From: Chloroflexota bacterium
GTDB lineage: Bacteria; Chloroflexota; UBA11872; VXNJ01
Assembly (NCBI GenBank): GCA_965208775.1
Contig: OZ242360.1
Coordinates: 126,085 to 190,084, forward strand
DNA length: 64,000 bases
Direction: 5' to 3'
The number at the start of each line of letters is the position of its first letter. Positions within the stretch are counted from its first letter, which is position 1. The position numbers and the translations under genes were made by a program. The notes below the pieces were generated by a model. That model had not been told where the DNA came from, made no database searches, and worked only from the letters and a program-made list of their open reading frames with translations. Below are positions 37,469 to 45,469 of this stretch, one piece after another.

Positions 37469-38203
37469 CTAAAAGGTGATTTCAGGCAAACGATACATCA
37501 GCGCAAACGCCAGCATGGGCGCAGCGAGCGCGGGTATGGCAGCTGCCAAACGGGGTTGGCGCTTCGAGGACTCCGCAAACACGGCGAGGGCCAGGAAAAC
37601 CAGAAGGCCGGCAACTACGCCCGCGCCCAAAGGATCACTCCGCATGAACCTCCACAGGAAGCCCACCGGGCCGACCTCGGACCAAACGCGGATTGCCAGG
37701 TCCTGCTCCGGGGGCCGGTTGCCGTCGTGATCCTTGAAGCGGCCGTCGGGATATTGATCTTGAAGACCTGCGCCTATGTGGACCTCACCAGTTTCCCCTT
37801 CCGGCAAGAAGAATTGAAATTCCAGGATGTCGTCCGATTCGACATTCAGAGGATCGAATTCGACGCGCGTCCACGCGTCTTCAACATCGGGAGGAACCTG
37901 CACCAATGCCTCTCGAACGAGCGCATCCAATCTCTTCGACCACACTCGTACCGCAATCCGGACAGGGGTCTCAGACCCGGACGTTAGCGGCAGCTCAATT
38001 GTTGTGAGCGTGACGGAGCCCGTGTTGACTGTCTGGCTTACAGGGAGTCCGATAGGCCCCATACGAAACTGCGAAACGTTTGTGGTTTCCAGGTGAGGAA
38101 CGCTTCGCGACCCCAGCACAAGCATCCCGACCGCCGCGACAATCGCCGCGATTGCTATCGCCACCGGCAGATGACGCTCAAACCGCGCGCTCCGCAGGCT
38201 CAA
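37469..38203 (-). CDS. TM–ectodomain–TM membrane protein resembling the N-terminal module of the LtaS-like paralogs.
   Basis: An N-terminal TM is followed by a ~150-aa domain with motifs (VRIAVRVWSKRLD…, AIRVWSE) that parallel VRIWARARFD…/LQLWVSTE in the LtaS-like N-terminal domains, then a C-terminal TM. Confidence 0.45.
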   Translation of the reverse strand: MSLRSARFERHLPVAIAIAAIVAAVGMLVLGSRSVPHLETTNVSQFRMGPIGLPVSQTVNTGSVTLTTIELPLTSGSETPVRIAVRVWSKRLDALVREALVQVPPDVEDAWTRVEFDPLNVESDDILEFQFFLPEGETGEVHIGAGLQDQYPDGRFKDHDGNRPPEQDLAIRVWSEVGPVGFLWRFMRSDPLGAGVVAGLLVFLALAVFAESSKRQPRLAAAIPALAAPMLAFALMYRLPEITF

Positions 38204-40299
38204 GTTCTAAACCCTCGAACGACTCGTCCGACAGGAGTGACGGAGAGGATTAGCACGATCAGGACCAATCCCGATATCGCATATCCGATAACGACGTATT
38301 TCTGCAATTCATAACTGACCGTGATGGTGCCGGGCCCTGAAGCGGGTAAGTTCCAGGAGTTGAAGAGAGGGTCGGGCGAACGCTCGAGCGACTTTCCGTC
38401 GAGGGTGGCCTTCCAGTGAGGGGATGCATATTCGCGCAAGATCAGACGGTCCGGCTCTTCGCTGCCCTGCAATTGAATTTCGTATCTGGTCGGAGAAGAC
38501 CTTCGCCATTCCGGTTCAGCTCCGCCGATGTCTACCAGAGGCGCGGGTACGCCGATGAGGTCGAAACTCCGGATAAGTAGTCCGCCCGAGCGCTCTCGAA
38601 GCCCGGGAAGTGACGCAATGGTCTCGGCCAGACGTTCGCCCTCCCGGTCGTCGGCAGCCAGTGCAACGGCGCCCACGCCCTCCGCACGCAATATATCTGC
38701 GAATCGGGAAGGATCGGCCAGAGCGTTATCGGCAAGCGAGCGAACCGGAGTCAGGGCGTACACCAACACGCGGGCGCGCATCGATCCCGCCACAGCTCCC
38801 CGAACAATTCGAGCCGAACCCCACGACGTTGTCCGGTTGGGCTGGTTGAATACCAGGACCGCCGCATTGGGGTCTGACATTGGCCTGAACTCATCGGTAA
38901 ATTCGTAATACTCGCGGGGGAATTCGGCTGGAATGTAACTCGCGAAATCGGTTTGAAAGAGCGACCGTTCGATTGCCGGTCGCATCCATACGACCATGGC
39001 GCCCGCCACCGTCGCGACCGCTAGCCCACCCATCCAGCGTTTCAGCGGCCAGTTTCGCTTTGCCGGTAGCTCCATCGCGGTCGGAACCATCCACGCGATG
39101 CCCACGGCGTAGCCCATGGGCACCAGCGCTCCAATCTTGTCCGGTTCCCGTATCAACCAGCCAACCGGAACCGATCGCACGATCCACTCGTATATCTGAC
39201 CGCCCCCGGGAAGGCTGCTCAAACTCATCAACACGACGAAGGCTCCCGTTATCCCGAGGACGAAAACCCACGTCGATCGGCGGCGGCGGTCGAAGATTGT
39301 CGCCAGCACCAGCGAGCCGACGCCGAGCAAGCTGGATACAGACCACCCGACCGCGGCAAAGCCGGATGGCCGAAAGTTGACACCAAAGAAATGGTGTGCC
39401 GTCAGCGTGAGGGCACTCCACAGGGTTTGGGTTTGGGTGGAGACGATCACCGGAGCCGACTCGTAGGCATAGGGCGGCCCGACCTGCCCGCCCGCAAAGA
39501 AGGTCGAGGCGGCGGGAACCCACACAAACGCCCCTGTGACGATGACCGCCAAGACGTAGACAACTCCGATCTTGAAGATCGTCTTCCGGCTGTTCGACCG
39601 CTGCACGAATCGAACGACCCACAGAAGACCCACTGCCAAGACGGTAATCGCGAGATAGTGTGGGCTTCCCGCTGATATCAACATCGTGGCAAGGCCAGCC
39701 CCAACGGCCGGCGGCCACCGGCGGCTGCGAATCGAATATGCCATCAACCCGATAACCAGCGGCAACCCGAGTGCCGAGAGCGCCACGCCGAGCTGCTCCA
39801 GGCGGCCCAGGTACCACGGATTCGCGACCCAGAACACCGAGCCGAGAGTAAGCCCCAATGATTCGCTCACGGTCAGGCCGCGAGCTCTTCGCGAGGGGCC
39901 AAGCAGCAGCCGAAAGCCAGCCCATGCCGTCACGAATCCAATGAGCGCCCATCCGACCACGACCGACTTCATGATCGCGGAGCTGGATAGTCCACCCAAT
40001 TGTCCGGCCGCAACAAAAGGCCCCCACGTGCCGAAGAGCCCTATGGATACCAGAACGCTATGGCGGTTCGGGTCCCAGGCCGGGTAGAAGATCCGCGGCA
40101 AGAGGTCCGCGTGCAACGCATAGGTGAGATCGCCCTGGAGAATCTCACCAGGTGTGACTATGACCCGCCACCACAGTGCGATTACCACGGCAAGTCCAGC
40201 CAGGAAGATTGCGGGGACATGTAAACGATCGCCCCTGAGAATTGAGTTGGCCCGCGCCAGACCGCCGGCGCTCCATTCAAGACGGGGTTGCCGCGTCAT
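38200..40299 (-). CDS. YfhO-like/GT-C-like large membrane protein (699 aa), paralog of 45470..48217.
   Basis: It has an N-terminal polytopic region, a C-terminal extracytoplasmic domain and a final TM. Shared motifs with the paralog include NPWYLGRLE, SPHYLAIT and YASPHWKATLDGKSLE. Confidence 0.55.
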   Translation of the reverse strand: MTRQPRLEWSAGGLARANSILRGDRLHVPAIFLAGLAVVIALWWRVIVTPGEILQGDLTYALHADLLPRIFYPAWDPNRHSVLVSIGLFGTWGPFVAAGQLGGLSSSAIMKSVVVGWALIGFVTAWAGFRLLLGPSRRARGLTVSESLGLTLGSVFWVANPWYLGRLEQLGVALSALGLPLVIGLMAYSIRSRRWPPAVGAGLATMLISAGSPHYLAITVLAVGLLWVVRFVQRSNSRKTIFKIGVVYVLAVIVTGAFVWVPAASTFFAGGQVGPPYAYESAPVIVSTQTQTLWSALTLTAHHFFGVNFRPSGFAAVGWSVSSLLGVGSLVLATIFDRRRRSTWVFVLGITGAFVVLMSLSSLPGGGQIYEWIVRSVPVGWLIREPDKIGALVPMGYAVGIAWMVPTAMELPAKRNWPLKRWMGGLAVATVAGAMVVWMRPAIERSLFQTDFASYIPAEFPREYYEFTDEFRPMSDPNAAVLVFNQPNRTTSWGSARIVRGAVAGSMRARVLVYALTPVRSLADNALADPSRFADILRAEGVGAVALAADDREGERLAETIASLPGLRERSGGLLIRSFDLIGVPAPLVDIGGAEPEWRRSSPTRYEIQLQGSEEPDRLILREYASPHWKATLDGKSLERSPDPLFNSWNLPASGPGTITVSYELQKYVVIGYAISGLVLIVLILSVTPVGRVVRGFRT

Positions 40300-40332
40300 G
40301 GAATTGCCCCGGACTCGCGTAGGGTTTCGCTA

Positions 40333-43101
40333 TTACTCAATGAACGCCGCGGCAAGCGGCCCTTCGAAAAATTCGAATCTAGGACCTCCATCCTGGCTTG
40401 CGTGGACTCGCAAAACGGGCAGAACTATACGCTCATTCCCATCTAGCGTAAGCCGCATCGCCAGTACGTAGGATCCTGTAATCAGCTCTCTCGTCGAGGA
40501 CTGCGCGGGGAGGAATCCACCGCCTCCGGTCGACCACTGCAAAGTGCCCGTTTCGACGTTCCAATCGTATTCAACTCTGAGATCGTGGGACGATGGGTTC
40601 ACCTGTCCGCTGTACCAGTGGACAGGTCGATTCTGCAGTGCAGGCACTGCCCACCGCGTTCCGTCGTCGGCGATTAGCACCCAGTCCTGCCCGGTCCAAC
40701 CGTCGGGATCGCCAATCTCAAATCTCATAGCGAACCGGATGCTCTGCTCGTCCACGCGTGATTCCTCGATATCGACCCAAAGGGCCGCATTTCCCCGTCG
40801 CATGGCCCCGTCTTCGACATCGCCGACGGCATAGACGGCGTTCCCCTCCCTCGACCAGACAGGTGATCGTAGATGAGCCGGTAATACAGTGGGAGATAGC
40901 CGCGAGGGTAGGATCAAAAAGTCGAGGTCTTCACCGTTATAGGGATTTAGGCCTAAAGTGCTTCGCACGTGCGCCGGATCGCCAAGATCTCCGTATAGCA
41001 CTGCTCCTTGCAAAGCCGCGGCCATCGAAAGCCGTTGAAGTGGATGGACGGCCGGCGAGATATAAACCCTGGCCCCTTTCCCCGTAAGGGTGCGCAGCGC
41101 GTTGAATGATTCCGGGACCGGGCTCGCGGCAAGCTCGGAAAATGGCTCAAGGATTTCGTATAAGGCGCCTTCGTCACCTTGAACAAGCGGCTTGAAATAC
41201 TCGGGGCTTTGCAGCCAGTTCCTTGATTGCTCGGATAACCCATCCTCCCATTTTGGGGTTGCATGGACATAATCGACTCCCAGTCTGCTGACCGCTTCCG
41301 GGTCGAGATGCTCTATCGCGTCAAGGTATTCCGGACCACGAAGCCCTACATACTGCGTAAAGCCAACGTAACCATAGGGCGCTGGCCTTCCCGACGCGAC
41401 TGAAATCGTCATGGGATTCGGAGACAGGATCGAGGCGTTCCCCACTAGATCATCTTTGATATAGGACACTAGTTCCGCCGGAACTCCGGCCAACTCCGCC
41501 CGTCCCATGATGCCCGCACGGATCCTGCGCGTCTCGGCCGTTGGAATGGCAATTTGCGGACCTTCTTTTACGGCGAACCAGAGATTCGCGCCCGAACCGG
41601 CGACCGTAGGCCAAACCACGATGACGCCAAGCGCCGCGCAGGCAATTCTGTGAGGCCATCGCTTGAGCCGGGCCAAGAAATATCCAATCACCAGGATCGT
41701 CGCGATGAGAAGAAGGTTTCGAAAATGCCCCTGCAGTCGAAGATTGTCGAAACTCGAGAATTCGTATTCGACGAACAGGCCCACTGTCCACATTGCCAGA
41801 CCGGCCCCGGCAAGAAGCAAGCCAATCAAACCGGCTCGCCAACCTAGCGCCACTAACGCCACGAGCACCAGCGGACCGATGCCCAGGATCCCCAGACTTC
41901 CAGGCAGGCGATCGATCGCTAGAAGGTCTGTAACGTTCGGCAAATCCGGCCATACGAACGCCAATCCGGACTCACCGCCCGCGCTGCGAAAGACGGTATC
42001 AAACAGCACTCCACCGTAGACGACCGCCAGCAAAATCGAGAGCGCGATTCCGGCCGTACCGGCTCTCAGGTCGGAAATACGAGTTTCGCGAACGCGAGCG
42101 AAGCGGAAGGCCACGACCATCGCCCAAATCAGCGCGAAGGCTGCAAATACCGGCTCGTCGAGCAGCATGAGGTAAGCGCCGAGCACGGACGTCGCTACAA
42201 GTCCTACGACGGGGCGTGCGCCACCCGCGACCAGCCGCTCGACCAGCATCAGCAAAAGTGCATACGACATGGAAAATGCTGGATTGAAGATGTTGGGCGG
42301 ACTCGCCTCCACCGGCGCCATCCACGGCACTCCGGCCCCAGGAAAGTAGACATCCAGAAGCGAGGCTCGAATGCCTGCCTGAGGCAGTCCGCCGGGCACC
42401 GCGGCCAGCAAAGTCCACGGCTGATCTCCGACCAGCACCAAAGTCCATGCCCCGGCGCTGAGCATCAGCGGCACGGTCAGGATCAAGGACCACAGCGATC
42501 GATTGCGGGCGACCAGACTCCCCACTATCAGAAAGAGAGCCGTAACCGAGAAGGCGCCCAGCAGCTCGGTTACGAGAACGTAGCCCAAGCCCGTTCCGGC
42601 TTCTAGCGCGCCGATTATGAGATCGGGACCATAGTGGTAAAACGCCGGCTCGTTTGGATTCCATGGGAACGCCGGGGGGAAGTTCCCGGCCATCATCGAC
42701 GCTGTCAGGGGTACGTGCACGCCGATGTCGGGGACCCACAGTAGTTGACGAGCGCTGAGCGCTATCCAAAACACCGGCAGAAAGATCGCCGCGAATGTCG
42801 CGGCAGCGGATCGAGAGGGTCTCGGCTCGACGCGCTTTTTCCAAATCAACACCACGGTTAGCATGGCGGCGGCAGACCATGCCAGGACCACTCCAATTGC
42901 GCCGGGCGCGACGTAGAACGCGGCGTTTACCAGAAGGCCCCAAAGGGCAAGTCCCGCGATGAGTCCTTGAGCAGCCGCCAGATAGCCCGGCTTCTGTCCC
43001 AGAAGCCCGCGCACGACGACGTAACCGAATATGGCGATGGCGCCGACCTGTATTGCAAACAACGCGAATCCAGGCAGTAGCCCAACGTCGACTAAAGGCA
43101 A
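40333..43101 (-). CDS. Large polytopic GT-C-like membrane protein (922 aa), paralog of 33285..36077.
   Basis: The corresponding loop motif is FPPAFPWNPNEPAFYHYG, with the same overall architecture. Confidence 0.55.
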   Translation of the reverse strand: MPLVDVGLLPGFALFAIQVGAIAIFGYVVVRGLLGQKPGYLAAAQGLIAGLALWGLLVNAAFYVAPGAIGVVLAWSAAAMLTVVLIWKKRVEPRPSRSAAATFAAIFLPVFWIALSARQLLWVPDIGVHVPLTASMMAGNFPPAFPWNPNEPAFYHYGPDLIIGALEAGTGLGYVLVTELLGAFSVTALFLIVGSLVARNRSLWSLILTVPLMLSAGAWTLVLVGDQPWTLLAAVPGGLPQAGIRASLLDVYFPGAGVPWMAPVEASPPNIFNPAFSMSYALLLMLVERLVAGGARPVVGLVATSVLGAYLMLLDEPVFAAFALIWAMVVAFRFARVRETRISDLRAGTAGIALSILLAVVYGGVLFDTVFRSAGGESGLAFVWPDLPNVTDLLAIDRLPGSLGILGIGPLVLVALVALGWRAGLIGLLLAGAGLAMWTVGLFVEYEFSSFDNLRLQGHFRNLLLIATILVIGYFLARLKRWPHRIACAALGVIVVWPTVAGSGANLWFAVKEGPQIAIPTAETRRIRAGIMGRAELAGVPAELVSYIKDDLVGNASILSPNPMTISVASGRPAPYGYVGFTQYVGLRGPEYLDAIEHLDPEAVSRLGVDYVHATPKWEDGLSEQSRNWLQSPEYFKPLVQGDEGALYEILEPFSELAASPVPESFNALRTLTGKGARVYISPAVHPLQRLSMAAALQGAVLYGDLGDPAHVRSTLGLNPYNGEDLDFLILPSRLSPTVLPAHLRSPVWSREGNAVYAVGDVEDGAMRRGNAALWVDIEESRVDEQSIRFAMRFEIGDPDGWTGQDWVLIADDGTRWAVPALQNRPVHWYSGQVNPSSHDLRVEYDWNVETGTLQWSTGGGGFLPAQSSTRELITGSYVLAMRLTLDGNERIVLPVLRVHASQDGGPRFEFFEGPLAAAFIE

Positions 43102-43323
43102 GAACGACTCCTAAGATCGTCCAATTCGGTATGCGCACCTGCGGCATATTATTGTGCCGTCGCCATTCCGTAATCGCTTGGAGACGATGCCGGGGCAATA
43201 GACTAGTGATTGAGTTTGACAACGGCGGGCAGAGATGCCGGACTCAGGAAAGGTCGCCCCGAGGATCAAGACTGAAAGAACCCGCAAACACAACCATCAC
43301 GCCAGCTCCGTGATCGCGGTCAA

Positions 43324-44607
43324 TTGAGACGGATCCGAATTCCGGCAATCGTCCGCGACAATCTCGTATATCTGCCGTTCTTCGCCGCGGTGAGCGTCCT
43401 GAACTACTCGTTCCAGGTATACATGGCGCGCACGCTCGCACCCGGACACTACGCGGCCCTCATTGCGGCGCTATCTCTGCTGGCGATACTTTCCAGTCCC
43501 AGCGCAATTATCGCCAACCTTAGCGCCAGGACCGTCGGGACGTATTGGTCGGCAGGGTCGGTCGTCCGCTTACGGCACCTTCTGGCCCGAGTATGGGTTT
43601 GGCTCGGCTCCGCTTCGGTAGCGTTGTCGTTGATATTTGTAGCGCTGTCATGGCCGATTGCAGAAGTCCTCTCGATCGAATCCATGTGGGTAGTGATCTG
43701 GGCCGCTATCGCCGTTGGGCCGGCATTGCTGTCCCCTCTCCTGGCCGGAATGTTGCAGGGGGCGCGATCGTTCGCTCTCTACGGCGCGTTTGGCGCCTTT
43801 GGTGCGGGGACAAGGCTCGGTATCGGAGTCCTGCTCGTCGGTACAGGATTCGGCGCTGCCGGAGCGATGGCGGCGACTCCCGCTTCCGGGTTTCTCGCGA
43901 TCGCCGCCGGCTACGCGGGATGGCGTTGGCTAATGCGTGGCAGGACGAGCGACGACAAAGAAAACCTGACGATTCAACTTCCGATTCGCGGCCAGCTTCA
44001 GGTGGCTGCAATCGGCGCGGTGCAGATTCTGCTCTTCAATCTCGATATCTTGTTTGTAAAGGCGCTATTCGACGAACAGATTGCGGCTGACTACTCCGCC
44101 GCCGCGCTGGTAGGACGAACTATCTTCTTTGCCGTGAGTCCGCTGGCCACCGTCCTGCTTCCAAACGTGGTCCACAACGCCGTCCGCGGAGAGAACTCGC
44201 TCGGCATTTTCGTATTTAGCCTGTCGGCCGTTATCGGGCTATGCCTGATCGGCGTTTGTGTCGTGTTCCTGTTTCCGGATCTGATCTACAAGGTCGTATT
44301 CGCCGACGTCTACCTGCCCTATCTGGACGTATTGCGGGCTTACGCGCTGTCTGGCTCGCTGCTATCCATCATCATGCTGCTTGCCACATTTCACATCGGC
44401 GTCTCGAATCTCAGAATCTGGTTGCCGATGTCAGTTCTACTGCCGCTACCAATAGTCAGCTACACGGTCTTCAACGCCAACCCCGGTCAAATCGCCTGGG
44501 CGATGGTGGCATGCCTCACCGTTTACACCATCTATATCGCCTGGGAAACACTCAGGTTCGCAGCCAGGCGAGGCGATCGGGAGTCACCGCCCGCAACCGT
44601 CGGCTAG
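43324..44607 (+). CDS. Polysaccharide/oligosaccharide flippase (MOP/Wzx-like). TTG start, so the start is uncertain.
   Basis: The 427-aa protein is polytopic with an N-terminal Wzx-type pattern (…NYSFQVYMARTLAPGHYAALIAALSLL…). Confidence 0.65.
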   Translation: MRRIRIPAIVRDNLVYLPFFAAVSVLNYSFQVYMARTLAPGHYAALIAALSLLAILSSPSAIIANLSARTVGTYWSAGSVVRLRHLLARVWVWLGSASVALSLIFVALSWPIAEVLSIESMWVVIWAAIAVGPALLSPLLAGMLQGARSFALYGAFGAFGAGTRLGIGVLLVGTGFGAAGAMAATPASGFLAIAAGYAGWRWLMRGRTSDDKENLTIQLPIRGQLQVAAIGAVQILLFNLDILFVKALFDEQIAADYSAAALVGRTIFFAVSPLATVLLPNVVHNAVRGENSLGIFVFSLSAVIGLCLIGVCVVFLFPDLIYKVVFADVYLPYLDVLRAYALSGSLLSIIMLLATFHIGVSNLRIWLPMSVLLPLPIVSYTVFNANPGQIAWAMVACLTVYTIYIAWETLRFAARRGDRESPPATVG

Positions 44608-44647
44608 CGTTGTCTCGATTCGAAGCGCCAGCCGCCTTTCCAAGCCA

Positions 44648-45439
44648 TCACAACGGCCACGGCTCGAGCGCATTGAACACGCCGAAAAGCACCCAGGCAG
44701 CCGAACCGGCGATGAGCAGCGCCACGATTACGGCCTCCGGCAGAGCTCCTCCAACCATCCGCGCCGCACGTAGGGAAACCCAACCGGCGCCGACTATCAG
44801 AGCCGCCGCCGTTGCCGCTAGAAACAACAGACTGACGGCCGGTGTGCCAAGCATCGACATCAAGACCGAGCGCGGTGTCGACCGCCGCCACAGTTGCAAG
44901 ACGAGATCGTTGTCTCCGCTTCCCGGGTCGCCGTTTATCGACGCCTGGCCGGCCCCGTACCCGTCGACGCGATTACCCTGCAAGTAGATTGGCCCCGGCG
45001 AGTCCGCGGGATTCACCACCTGAATGACTATTCCGGAACCAACCACAGACACGTGTGACGGTATTCCTATGGCCGCCTCGCCGCTAGGCTGGACGTCAAC
45101 AAGCTGCTCAAATAGGACAACCTGTTCGGAACCACTCTTGTGGAGAATGCGAACAATGGCCCCGACGGCGGATGCCGGTCTGTCGATCCAAACGGCCGCC
45201 TTCGTTAGCGGCTCTGGCATGTCGCCCAGCGACTGCTCGGCAGCGGCGCCCGGGGGCAGCGGGCCGTATTCGAGATTGAAGTCGATTGCCGGAATCGACG
45301 GCCACTCCCGCTCGGAAGTGGTAAGTGCATACATGCCCGAAAGCAGCGCGACGAACCCGACCAGCGCGGGGAGCAATCGCCGCCAGAGCGGCGTCCTGCC
45401 GCCGGATTGGATTGTTAGAGTGGCTCGCAAGCCTGACAT
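44648..45439 (-). CDS. TM–ectodomain–TM membrane protein, second standalone homolog of the LtaS-like N-terminal module.
   Basis: I placed the start at the internal Met 63 to avoid a 155-bp divergent overlap. The architecture matches the 37469..38203 product. Confidence 0.4.
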   Translation of the reverse strand: MSGLRATLTIQSGGRTPLWRRLLPALVGFVALLSGMYALTTSEREWPSIPAIDFNLEYGPLPPGAAAEQSLGDMPEPLTKAAVWIDRPASAVGAIVRILHKSGSEQVVLFEQLVDVQPSGEAAIGIPSHVSVVGSGIVIQVVNPADSPGPIYLQGNRVDGYGAGQASINGDPGSGDNDLVLQLWRRSTPRSVLMSMLGTPAVSLLFLAATAAALIVGAGWVSLRAARMVGGALPEAVIVALLIAGSAAWVLFGVFNALEPWPL

Positions 45440-45469
45440 CACTACTTCTTTAGCTGAGGGCCGCGATAA